A DNA stretch of 64,000 bases, from NCBI GenBank assembly GCA_002269645.1, contig NIVC01000430.1:62001-126000 (forward strand), in the 5' to 3' direction. The DNA comes from Macrostomum lignano (lineage: Eukaryota). Within the stretch, counting starts at the first letter, position 1. The number at the start of each line of letters is the position of its first letter. The position numbers and the translations under genes were made by a program. This document shows, piece by piece, positions 39,025 through 51,487 of the stretch. The notes below the pieces were generated by a model. That model was given only the letters and a program-made list of their open reading frames with translations. It made no database searches and was not told where the DNA came from.

Positions 39025-39560
39025 GGAGTCATCGACACCCCCTACGACTGAGTGATGGAGTCATCGTAACCCCTACGACTGAGTGATGGAGTCATCGTAA
39101 CCCCTACGACTGAGTGATGGAGTCATCGTAACCCCTACGACTGAGTGATGGAGTCATCGTAACCCCTACGACTGAGTGATGGAGTCATCGTAACCCCTAC
39201 GACTGAGTGATGGAGTCATCGTAACCCCTACGACTCAGTGATGGAGTCATCGTAACCCCTACGACTGAGTGATGGAGTCATCGTAACCCCTACGACTGAG
39301 TGATGGAGTCATCGTAACCCCTACGACTGAGTGATGGAGTCATCGTAACCCCTACGACTCAGTGATGGAGTCATCGACAGCCCCTACGGCCGAATGGAGT
39401 ATGTCATCGAAACCCCTTATGACTGGGTGTTTGTGTCGTCGACACCCCCTACGACTGGGTGGAGTGTGTTATCGACACCCCTACGACTGAGTGGAGTGTG
39501 TCATCGACACCCCTACGACTGAGTGTAGTGTGTCATCGACACCCGCTACGACTGGGTTGT
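39025..39560. repeat. 31-bp minisatellite in TFCP2 intron 2
   Basis: Given-text unit GAGTCATCGTAACCCCTACGACTGAGTGATG. Confidence 0.93.
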
Positions 39561-39604
39561 TGAGTCGGAGGGGTCTATCCTATTTTTTAGATAAATTTAA
39601 AATG

Positions 39605-39666
39605 GAAATTGTCGGCGCTGAAGAGGGGGCATAACAACATCAAGTAGAAGTGAAGCATACCGACCG
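39605..39666 (-). CDS. TFCP2: TFCP2 exon 2 (backward-read block)
   Basis: Backward text: TGTACAG|(G)QPYEVKMNYNNTGEKSRLLK|GTAAAA; 62 nt, phase 1/0. Confidence 0.85.
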
Positions 39667-40030
39667 GACATGTAATCATTCAATTTGCTAAACGCAGTTC
39701 TCTGAACGTAAGCTATAAAAAGTCTTGTCAACTTTGTCTTAAGGCCAAATTTGGCCAAAGTGTATTTACTGTCTATTCTGAGAAAGTTTCAGGGCGTATT
39801 TAGTCCCTTGAGAGTGAACTATACATTCCCTTTTAAGTTATGTTGTGTAGTTCGAACTGATTACTCTGAAAAATCCACTAACGAAAAGCTTCGACCAAAT
39901 TAGGATATTTAAATGATTGAAGGAGACTTTGCGTAGATGTAGTTCAATCGGATTAGAGAACATTTAACAAGGATAACGAGCAAAGTCGTGGGTTCCACCT
40001 GAGATAAGTTACGTAAAAATTACGGTAATT

Positions 40031-43000
40031 GGAGAAGTTCTGACCCGGGTTTTAAAAAGTAGATGCAAGGTCAGCCTACCATTCGTCACGAATGGTATCT
40101 GATAAACCGAAGACTGACTCGGTATCTATAAAAAAGAGAGGCAAGGCCAGCCGTACCATTCGTTACGAATAGTTATCTGTAAGTCAGCCGACCCCATCTT
40201 TTTATTCGTTTTTACATGTAAATTCATCGGACAAAGATCTGACTTTCGTGTGACCAGGGACATGTTCTCCTTACCCGTTGTGCTTGTCATATTCTTTGCA
40301 AGAAAAGGATCGGGGTCAGTCAAGTTTGTCTCTTCGACTAGGTAGAGGAATGAGCAGATCGAAAAACTGTCGAATAAGTCAGCACGAAATATGATGTCAC
40401 CAAGAAACTGAGGAATTCAAAAGCAAAGGATATGAAATAGACAGAGTCAGACCAAACTCGGCTTATGATTTTAGTCAAGAGTTTCTCGAAACTTTACCGG
40501 GTTCACCTGCTTTACAGACTTGAGTACTGTAGCCTGCTGCTCCTGATGGAGAATAGTCTACTAAGAAGACCACTCAGTCTACAAGACCTGTCACAACTAC
40601 TCCTGCATGTCCAACGACTACTCAACAGCACCGCCGGACGATAGCAACCCTTGCTGCGTAGCTGCTCTCTATAGCTCAAAAAGCCTTGTGGACCGGACTT
40701 AGGACCTTATTATCACGGACGGCTACAACTCTTGAGTTGAAGGAAGAAGAATCCAAATAAGGACAGACTAAGCAACAAACTTCTAGATCGATACACCTGA
40801 TTGGCATCTCGAACCCGTCGTTAAGTAAGTAACCTACGACTACTGGACGGACACTCAAAAAATGTCACCTTGCTTACATCGCGTTTGCTTCAGTTCTTCA
40901 ACTAACCGTACATGGACATGTACCCTTCGTTGTTCTGACTCTACTTACTGATGACCTCATGACCGTCGATGGTGAGCTGTGGTATGAAAGTTCGTGGACT
41001 CCGCGAGAGATCTCTGGCGAAGTTCGTTAACGAGCCGAAAGAAGCGAAAATACTAACGGAACTCCTAGGGTGTGGACCACTAGGCAACATGTTCTAAGCA
41101 GGTAAAAACTTGTTAAACGCACTGTGGACGCACTTGTAGATGTCTGGACTGCTTCTTTATTCACAACTGCTTAGCAACCAAGAAATGTTTCCTGCTAATC
41201 CGAAGTTCGTTATGTAAGGTTGATTCGCGCGGTCCATACCGTAGTTCCACATGACACGAACACTCAGACTTTGTCCGATGAACAAGTTGAAAGCTCAAGT
41301 ACGATGAGGCCTCCTCTTAGCATCTAAACGAAATCTAGGTGTTTCGCCTTTGGACAGTAAGTCGCTTTTTTAACGACAGCTCGAAACGGTTCTAGACAAC
41401 CTGGTTCCGATGGCGTAAAAACGGCTGTTCACCAAACCAAGATTAGCCAACCGATACATGGAGGACCTAGCTCTATGAGTAGACTGAACGTGGTATGCTC
41501 GACTGGCTCCGCACGGCTAACTCGAGTCCGTCAATTTACACGGCGGGTTACTACAGCCGAAGTACGCGTTCCCACGGCATGACCGGCGTTTCTAACAACT
41601 TTCTTTCCTTTCGCCAGATTTTTGCAACATAAACGACCTGTGTTTCCTCCGTCGTAGTTTTCAAGGTCAGGCTGCTTAGCGGGCTCCACCTCGTCGCCGA
41701 CGTCACGTCTTCACGGCGAGTCGAAACTCAATGTTGGCGACGTACCCGCCGCAGCTAGCTTACCTGCCGGTGTACGTCGGGATGGTCGGACGAGCCTTTT
41801 GGTCTTTTACCAAAAACTTTGAACCAAACGTGGACACGAACGTCTACCAGGCTTTACGAACCTAACATATGACATTCACGCCGCCGGCTTTCCACAAGCA
41901 ATTCAAAGACCTTCGGTCGTAAGCACTTAAGCACGTCTCGTGACCCTACTCGTCTTCCGCTCGTCGGCGACGTCGAGTTCGGAAGCCGGTTCAGTCGAAC
42001 GTAAAGGGTTACGCTTAACGCCGGGCTCTTTCAGTCGGTTCCGGTTGATTCGCCACAGCGCAGACGATGGCTCGACTTTCTTAGTTTGCTAGTTAAATGA
42101 CGACGGGACGCACAGGTCCACTTGGTCCTGACACAGACCTCTGGACGAAAGTCGTTACCGTAAGAACTTAAGAACTGTCAAAAACAAGGGTCACGTGCGT
42201 ACGACCTTCTTATAAAGGACGATATAAGGGAAGATATGCACACGGACTTTCTTTTAACTCCTTTACCCAAAGAGGGTCAATCGAAGAAGAAAGACTCTGA
42301 TATTAATTTTTAATTAAGTCTTATGATCACCGCGATTGTAGAGCTCAACGACTCTTACGCGGTATTCTTAACAAACTTACTTACGGTTTTTGCTTAGCAA
42401 ACATATGAAGCACTATTTTGTAGAAATTTCTAGATTCTTTGTTCACTATCATTAATTTATTGTAAATGAAAAATACAATAGTTAAGACAGGACGAGGTTT
42501 ATGCCCAAATACGCCCCCGTTTCTCCCGTTGACGGGGGGTTTGTTGAATGTAGACACCGCGGGGGTCGACGCGTCGAGCGGAAACAACACAGAAAAGGGA
42601 AACGACGGCGGAGGATCCATGTTTTTAAGACGTGATGAATTATTAAAGGACCCAGTTTTTTTAGACGTAGGCGGAGACAAGACGACTGTAAAAAGTACAG
42701 GGTCAAAAGTACAAACGTAGTATGCGACCATGCTCATCTAACAAAGAGAAGTCTTTTAAAATTAATTGAATGCGCATGCCACAATGAGTTAAATAAGAAT
42801 GAGTTAACAAAAGAGTGAGTCGTTTTTATATGTAGTTTAAATATATTTGCTTTTGACTAGAATGACATATGTCAACATAAAGTTCCTTCGACTTTAAAAA
42901 CATGGCAGACAACCAATAAAACTAACTCTTTCTCTAGATTTGATGCTCATTTTTTTAGTCCCTTCGATAGCAAGATTTTCAAGACGAATGGTATCGGCTG

Positions 43001-43118
43001 GCCTTGCCTCACACTTAAAATGGTATCTAATATAAACTAGACTTAGTAGACTGAAGACGGATCTGACTTTGATCCCACACGCGTACCATTCGTCACGAAT
43101 GGTAGTCTGAAAACCTCC
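40031..43118 (+). mobile_element. Full-length piggyBac transposon (seen after complementing the block)
   Basis: Restored text TTAA|CCTCTTCAAGACTG ... CAGACTTTTGGAGG|TTAA (given AATT at 40027-30 and 43119-22); the same 21-bp palindrome at 40077-97 and 43084-104. Confidence 0.9.
40495..42168 (+). CDS. piggyBac transposase, 557 aa, uninterrupted in the complemented text
   Basis: Acidic N-terminus; [74 protein letters not shown], C-terminal CRVC..CPACP..LC..TCF..WH*. Confidence 0.93.
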
Positions 43119-43189
43119 AATTCGTAATTCTTTGAGCTTAAAGTGTAGCGAACCTAACTTACAATGAACAGAAGAACACTCGGGATAGA

Positions 43190-44485
43190 TCAGTGAGGAG
43201 TCGATTGTTCAGTGAGGGGATTGGATCAGTGAGAGGGAATGGATCAGTGAGAGGGATGGATCAGTGAGGGGATGGATTAGTGAGGGGGATGGATCAGTGA
43301 GGGGTATGGATCAGTGAGGATGGTTTAGTGAGGGGGGATGGATCAGTGAGGGGGATGGATCAGTAAAGTGGATGGATCAGTGAGGGGTATGGATCAGTGA
43401 GGGGTTATCAGGGGTATGGATCAGTCAGGAGTCGATTGATCAGTAGGGGGATGGATCAGTGAGGGGTATGGATCAGTGAGGGGTATGGATCAGTGAGGGG
43501 TATGGATCAGTGAGGAGTCGATTGATCAGTGAGGAGTCGATTGATCAGTGAGGAGGGGATGGATCAGTGGGGGATGGATCAGTGAGGGGTATGGATCAGT
43601 AAGGGGGATGGATCAGTGAGGGGGATGGATCAGTGAGGGGGATGGATCAGTGAGGGGGATGGATCAGTAAGGGGGATGGATCAGTGAGGGGGATGGATCA
43701 GTGAGGAGTTGATTGATCAGTGAGGAGGGGATGGATCAGTGGGGGATGGATCAGTGAGGGGTATGGATCAGTGAGGGGTATGGATCAGTGAGGGGGATGG
43801 ATCAGTAAGGGGGATGGAATGATGGATCAGTGAGGGGGATGGATCAGTGAGGGGTATGGATCAGTGAGGGGTATGGATCAGTGAGGGGTATGGATCAGTG
43901 AGGGGTATGGATCAGTGAGGGGTTATCAGGGGTATGGATCAGTGAGGGGTTATCAGGGGTATGGATCAGTGAGGGGTTATCAGGGGTATGGATCAGTGAG
44001 GGGTTATCAGGGGTATGGATCATTGAGGGGTTATCAGGGGTATGGATCAGTGAGGAGTCGATTGATCAGTGGGGGATGGATCAGTGAGGGGTATGGATCA
44101 GTGAGGGGGATGGATCAGTGAGGGGTATGGATCAGTGAGGGGTATGGATCAGTGAGGAGTCGATTGATCAGTGAGGAGTCGATTGATCAGTGGGGGATGG
44201 ATGGATCAGTAAGGGGGATGGATCAGTGAGGGGGATGGATCAGTGAGGGGTATGGTTCAGTGAGGAGTCGATTGATCAGTGAGGAGTCGATTGATCAGTG
44301 GGGATGGATCAGTGAGGGGTATGGATCAGTAAGGGGGATGGATCAGTGAGGGGGATGGATCAGTGAGGGGTATGGATCAGTGAGGGGTATGGATCAGTGA
44401 GGGGTATGGATCATTGAGGGGTTATCAGGGGTATGGATCAGTGACGAGTCGATTGATCAGTGGGGGGATGGATCAGTGAGGGGAA
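43190..44485. repeat. ~17-bp degenerate minisatellite in TFCP2 intron 1
   Basis: Given-text unit GGGG(T/G)ATGGATCAGTGA. Confidence 0.93.
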
Positions 44486-44506
44486 TAGTACCTTTAGTCC
44501 GGAGTG

Positions 44507-44987
44507 GGACCAAGTTTATGCACTCGCCGAGGAGTAATTGAAACTGTCGTCCGCTTCACGGTCGGCGGTAATGTTTGACCTTAAATCTCAATCTGCTCGG
44601 CGGCAGAGATCGGTCTGACGAGTTCAGTTCGACAGCGAGATCTCGACTTTTTAATCAGCTTAGCGATGGGAGACCACTCTACTTAGAAGGGCGCGAGCGC
44701 CGCGGCGGTTGCGGCGGTTGTCCGGGTCCGCTATCGCTGTATTATCGCAGGCTGTACAACTTTCGACTGCTTCTATTTAGCTGCGGATTTGGTCTATTTC
44801 TCGGAAGTTTACAACGTCGATTCGGGACTAGTTACAGAAGGTAGACGGTGAGTCACAAACCACAGTAACTAGAACCGCTGACGACGACTACGACGACAGA
44901 CCTTCTTTGTCGGCTGCTACACATTTAAGGCGGCGGCTAACACGGTCTACTACTACATCGTCGACAACTTCTGAATCGTATTCGGTA
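44507..44987 (-). CDS. TFCP2: TFCP2 exon 1 (backward-read block)
   Basis: Backward text: MAYAK..[71 protein letters not shown]; 481 nt, phase 1. Confidence 0.88.
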
Positions 44988-47900
44988 AGGACCCAGACGA
45001 CTACGACGCTACTACAGCTACTACGACGTATCAAAAATAACAACTCACGTCTCAACGAATTACTTCGTAATAATAATCTGATCTAACCACAAAGTACGTG
45101 TATGTACCGGTTGTGGGCCGGTTGGGTCATTCAGCGTTTTTACGACTGGGCTTTTCTATGTATGTATCATGATTAATCTACTGCTCCTTAAATCGTCACT
45201 ACAATGTCAGTATCAATGAGGACGGCAAACGGGTGTTAATGCATATTATTTGCTTTAGGGTTCTTTCATAGGTAAATTCGCGATTTTGGTTAAAAGGTTG
45301 GGTAAAATTTCGAAGTTGGACATGTATGTTCATGCAGCATAGTGTGTGTGTCATGGCATGTTAACTTGGATTTTAGGATCCTGAATTTTCAACTTTTGAA
45401 AGGCAATGTTTTTTTTTAAACTGGCTTTTTAAAGAGGACTTTCTTAGCTCTGATGCTACCCATGGAAAGACAATAGAGACCAGGCTCTATAGAAAGCTTG
45501 GCATGCCTCCTACTAACTGCAATAGGTGTTCCATTTTAGCACCACTGACAACACTAAGATCCAGCTGTTAAGGGAAGCTTTAGAGCCCATTTAGCACTAT
45601 GGGCTAGAGGCAGCCCCCTTGATAACAACCTACTTTGCTGCTCTGGATGCCTGTAATTCTCTTAGATGCTGCTACCTAGAGCTGCTAAGCAAAAATATAA
45701 AATGAAAATCAAGTAGGGTTTGGTCTCCTTTTGTTTAGAAATGAGGTTTATATCTTTATAATCTATTTAGAACATAAGATTATTAAAATAAAAACTTATT
45801 TTATATCAATAATAATTAATCTAATTAGTTGATATTCAACCTTATTCAAAGAAATATTTTAAACTATATTTCAAGACTAACTGCCATTTAATTGAAAAAT
45901 TAAAGTAAAAATGCTAATATTAATAGCTATATAATTGTGCAACCCCTCTGATTTATACCAGCTATGCAACTTACTTTTTAACCAAAAATATAACTTACCT
46001 ATAATAGAGATCTAAATAACAATTAATTAAAAAATTGGATAAATGGTAGGAGTAACTGTGATTGTATTATTAAGGCTAAATGCTATAATCTAATTCCTTA
46101 TATAATTAGTCTTACATATATATTTTTAAGGTAGGTATTTTTTTACTTTATACTTATATTTTGGCTAAGCCTTTGACCTAACTATTAATAAGTTTTTGTT
46201 TGTTTGAGTACATGACTTTAAATTAACTTTTTTTCAAAAATAGTTTTAGCAATTAGAATTCAAAAGGTACAAAATCTGCATGTTTCAATAGCTTGTTATA
46301 GTAGGAGCCTATAAAAGATGTCCCCCCCAATGAGAGGCGAAGATTGCTAGTTAGGGCCTAAAAATATAGCCTAATTAAAATAGGCCTAAATATAGTAGGG
46401 CCTAATATTAGGCCCTATTAGACAAGGTAAATTGGCCTAGGCCTACCCTTGCTTACTTTATATTATTTCTTTACTTATATAAATAATTGCATAGGCCTAG
46501 TTTAAGCCTAAACATTGTTTATAAGTATAAAGACAAAAACCTCAATTTTAAAAAAAAAATGGTATCTGCATAACTTGATTTGTCATTTTATTATATAAAC
46601 AAATATTCGATAAATTAAAAATAAAATTCTATTTTACTAGGGCTAGATTTTTTATTAAATAATTTAATCATTAATAATATAAGGACTCATGTTAGACTTA
46701 GGGCTAAGTCTAATAGAATCTATAAAAAATTATAGGCCTACATATTTTGTCCTACAATGCTGAAATACTATTACTAGGGCCTACTAGGCTTATTAAAGCC
46801 TAGGCCTATTATTAGGCCCCTATAAAAAGTCAAATTTAGATTTAACTAAATAACTTACACCTAAGCTTATCCAAAATCTAGAAAGCATTTTAAATAGTAC
46901 TAACTATAACTAATAAGAAATAAGATTATATGTCTATCTTTTATAGGGCCTAATAAAAATAGGTCTAGGGTCCTACTAGACTAGGCCCTAGGCTTAAGCC
47001 CTACTAACCTAATGGGCTAAGCCCTTAAGCCAATAGATTTCTTAACAATATTTAGGCATATAGGCCCTAATTGGTCTAGTAAAACAATTGAGTACTTATA
47101 CTATAATAGCAAATATACCAAGTAGCTATATGCAGACTATCTATGTGTTATACTGACTTATGACTATTTTATTGAATTAACATATAGGTCTAAAATTCTA
47201 GTTCTAGTAGTTAAAGTTAATCTAAAATCTACCCTAATTAAATCTAAAAAAACATATTAGCTACCTTGTCCTAGGCCTAGCCAAATGAAACTTAACAATT
47301 TAATAACTAAAAATTTCAACAAATAGAGTTCATTTTCAGCTATGGCCTACTACTTTCCAATAGGCCTAATATAATAGGCAACCATACATTACATACACAT
47401 ACAGATGCAGATAAAGAAGTTAGGCCAAGCTATTATTCGCTCATGATAGGGCCTACTTGTGCTGTAGTTGTAGATAAGGCCTTGAGCTGTGGCCTAATTA
47501 TAACAGGCTTAGGCCTACTAAAAATCGTTAACATTCGAAACTTAATCAACTGATCCACCAAAAGCATAGATAGTCCTAATAATCTCAACAGAACAGAATT
47601 AATGGTCACGTGATCAGATTCTAGATTGGCTACAAATTGACCTTACAATCCTTAAGGGCCAAATTAATTTCAGTTGATTTTATCGCAAATTTCGGTTAAT
47701 GGGTTTGGGTTAACGGCAAGGTCGTCCTTGGGTTAGGGTTAAACTGTTGAAGGTACAAAATATTTTTTTTAAAGTACAATTTCTTCGAATCTCAAAATTC
47801 AAAATGCTCCGCAGTTTTAATTAATCAAATCTTTCTTTGAGAAACGGCTTGTCTCAGTTAATTTAATCATACCTTCGATTGGTGGCGGCGAACTACCTTT

Positions 47901-49578
47901 TGTGATATATCTAGTTTCGGGATTAATTATCGATTTGGGAGGGAACGTAATTTATCAAGAAATTATCGGTCGCACTCTATCAGACCATCTCAGGGTACCG
48001 CTCTTCGGCTGGACAGTATAAGCAGTATAGCCTTAGCCCTATTATCGCAGCTACCGTGAGTATAAGTTATTTGGGACTATGTGTCAGCGGAAATAGAGGG
48101 ACCAGTCACTCCACTCCGCCTGTTAGGAGTTCGCGGGCGTTGAGCCGATTTATTCCGCGCCAGACGCTGAGTCATTTATCGGTCAAAAGTCCAAGTGAAT
48201 CATAGTCTGCAGTCGGACAAAGACCTAGAGAGACAAAGAGCCTCGCGGAAATCTAGAGTCCCCGCGAGACATAGCCCAAGGAAATTATAGGGCACGCGAG
48301 ACGATCAGCCCATTAATTCCGTTCGGCACTAGATTTCGACATATCCGCGATAGACTACTTGTTAGTAGCAAAGTTGGAACTAGATTAATAAATAATTCCG
48401 GACAAGACTATATATATTTAAAACCTTTTATATTTGGTGTCATTAGCGTTGGGATTTGATCCAAGCCGTGAACCTTTTAATACGAGTAATTTCCGACCTT
48501 TTACATTTGGTTTGCAGCGGTGGAATTCAGTAAGTAACCCCTAGTGCCATCTTTAGTTGCTGCAACATTGACGTTGTTGACAGCGCGCGCTTGGCATCAA
48601 CGTTGACATAAAAATGTTGCTGAATTGTTGCAGGAACATTGATATAGAAAAAGATTTCAAATGTGTGAATTTCTGGCAATTGAATTATTGCAACTCGTTT
48701 AGATTCGGGAGCTCCTTAAATTAAAATTGTACGGAGTTATTCATTTATGTAATTCTAATTCAGAAGAATCTGTTTCTTTAATGTATACGTAAAGATTTGT
48801 TAAATGTAGCTGCTACAGTTTTTACTAACCAACTTGATTTAATTTCTACCGTCAGGCACATCGACACGGATTTCTAGCTGCAAAAAAAATCGTTTCTATT
48901 TAGGCCTACTGTTTACCTAACTTTCTATTTGACTTTTTGTTTAGCTTTTTATTTGGTTTATTGCATGTTTGCTTAGCTTTAAAGTTGGCATAAGTCGAAG
49001 GCCTAGAATACAAAAACGTAACTAAAATTAATTAGATAAAAATCTGTTGTTGCAAAGCTCTTCCTACTACACTAGCCCTTGAATTTAAACTTAAAGAACA
49101 TAAAAATATTATTGCCTAGGCCTTAGCCTGGCTACTATATTAAGTTGGGAATGCCAGTTTTTTTGTTTGCTCCTGGGATTACAACCATAGCTTTTTTTGT
49201 TTACTTGATTGTAACTTGCAAAACTACCCAAGAGATAGACAAAGATCAAGTTGAACCTGAAGTTGCAAATAATCAGGACCAGGCCCTTAGTGGTCTAGCA
49301 TCTAATATTGTATTTTTGTCTGGGCCATCTGCTTCTGCACCTACTCTAAGTGAAGACACAGTTGTTGTAGGTAAATAATAATGCAATGAAACTCTGTTTC
49401 TAATATATATTTTTTATGCTTATCTAATATATAAAGTATTTTGATTATGTTATGCTTAGCCTTATTTAGGCCAAACATTTGTTAGTATAGGCCTAATACT
49501 TAAGGTTAGTTAGTATAATATGTTGCTAGGCCCTATAATATAAATATAATACAAACTCATGTTGTTGGTATAAATATG

Positions 49579-49615
<37 letters not shown>

Positions 49616-50832
49616 TAACTATTTTTAGTTCAAGTTTGCCTCAATTATATACCATTTGGTATAGTCTATTTATATATCTATATTAGGCCTATTGCTCTAT
49701 ATCATAAAATGTTTGTCTAAACATTCCTTTATTATAAGAAGTAAGACTAAGACTGCCAAAATAAAGATTAAAGTGTAGATTGCAAATATCAATAAGTTTT
49801 TTTGCATTTTGGATGTAAAATAGACTTAGAAATGATTAAAGAGCAAATTTCAACTATAAATAAAAAGTGTTGCAAATCATAGATTTTTTGTATAAGATCT
49901 ATAGTTCAGAACACTATATGTGCCCCACAAAAAAACTGTCAACATTCTTTTAATGCCAATATATACCATTTATAATACTTTACACAAAACATCTAAATTG
50001 CTAGGAATAAGTGATGGAACATGATGGGTGATTTAGATATTTAATTTAAATGAGATGAGCTAAAAACTAAAAATAACAGTTATAGTTATATTTATATAAT
50101 GTTATATATATTAAAAAACAAAAGTAAACTTTGTGCATTTTTGTTAAAAATCATGACTTTTAACTTATAAAAAACAGAATTCAGTTTTGCATTAATTTTA
50201 TATCAAATTTTATAGTAATGTATGCATGGACAACTATTGTAACAATTATTAATAACATAACTTTTCATTCTTTGTGTGTCACAAAAATATTAAACATATA
50301 TGCCAAAAGCCTTAGAAAATCACTTTTTGTGTATGCCAATGTATGCTAAATTTCTTGAGTGTACCCTAGAAATTTCTGGGGTACAAGATGCCTTCTTCTG
50401 GACTATGGTATAAGATTGTTTCATAAGAAATGTTATATTTAATAACTAGCTAATGATAGCTAAATTAATTTAAATAAAACAAAATTTATTGAAAAGTTAT
50501 TTGTTGGATATGAAGTGCTAGTCAAAATTCAAGAGACTTGAGTATCAAGCTTAAAAGTATATAATGCTGGCTATTTGTATTCAACCTAATTTGTTAATTT
50601 TTATATATGCTCCTAAAGACCCTATATTAGTTTTATTATTTATTATTTATTATTTATTATTTATTATTTACAAAAGCGACTGGATGCCGCTTAACTGCCG
50701 CATGTATTTTATGAGAGAATATAACACATTACAAGACATGACTATTAATGTGTAATGTCTTGTAGTTTATTAATTCAATTTCTAGTCTACCATTCGAATT
50801 CATTCCACACATTTCAGTTTCTGTTCTTCAAG

Positions 50833-50989
50833 CGGCTTACCAGCAAAACTCTAATGAAGTCCGTCGCTAATATCTTATACCACATCATGGATGACAAGCT
50901 TGCTCATCAGTTCAGTCTCCGTGGTGCCAAGCGTTCTGGCGTTTCCAAGTATTGCTTTGAGTCAACTGGCCTGCTGCCTTTTATCAAAA
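50833..50989 (+). CDS. DUF4806-like protein exon inside the TIR element
   Basis: RLTSKTLMKSVANILYHIMDDKLAHQFSLRGAKRSGVSKYCFESTGLLPFIK; TCAAG acceptor, A|GTAAGC donor. Confidence 0.6.
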
Positions 50990-51146
50990 GTAAGCAACAT
51001 AATGGTGCTTAGGATTTTGTCTCTTCTATGATAAAATGTGTATTTAAGCTGCTTAGTTAAATATATATCAATTCTGTACGTCCATATCTAGATACTAATC
51101 TACTTTGGGTAAGCAAAACTAATGGGCAGTATTTACCTACTTTTAG

Positions 51147-51487
51147 ACGTCGTGTGGAGTGTTCACAAAGACGCCAAAGGCGAGGCCATTGAATCCGCGG
51201 TGGGCGAACATCTGCGCCACTCAGGCACTCGGTTCCGCCGAAAAAGGTGCTCACAGCAGTCCGCACAGCGTCCGACTGGAGAACTTCGGAACTCGGCTGC
51301 AGGCCCAAGGAGCACTCGGCAAAGCGGAGGTGACGGCGCAGACATGAACACTGACGGCGATGCAAGTGGCGAGAGCGACAGCAGTTCTGACGACGAGGGC
51401 GCTCACGACAGCAGCGAAGATAATGACAATGGCGGCCAACGATTTGAAGTCATCAACGTTGACGGTTGTACACTTACTCAACTTTGA
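51147..51487 (+). CDS. DUF4806-like protein last exon
   Basis: TTTTAG acceptor in phase 1; VVWSVHKDAKGEAIESAVGEHLRHSGTRFRR then an acidic tail. Confidence 0.6.

Larger units (their letters stand above)
37992..45320. other. Block that is complemented in place (not reverse-complemented); right edge approximate
   Basis: The 21-bp repeat switches in register from CCCAAATCACACTGGCACTCT to its base complement GGGTTTAGTGTGACCGTGAGA at 37992; TFCP2 exons and a piggyBac ORF appear only after undoing the complement. Confidence 0.95.

Noticed and set aside
40126-44844. ORF-track calls inside the block (40126, 40676, 42381-42737, 43915, 44575)
   Set aside because: They are by-products of the complemented text; the real coding frames appear only after restoring it.
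37992-45320. Ordinary inversion or inverted duplication as the explanation for the block
   Set aside because: The reverse complement of the left repeat would be GGGAGAGTGCCAGTGTGATTT, not the observed TTTAGTGTGACCGTGAGAGGG; exon order is also unchanged.
45330-47600. AT-rich region with many TAGGCCTA motifs
   Set aside because: No periodic unit, ORF or terminal structure; treated as ordinary intergenic DNA upstream of TFCP2.
49145-49378. ORF as an independent gene
   Set aside because: No recognisable motif; at most an upstream exon of the DUF4806-like gene.
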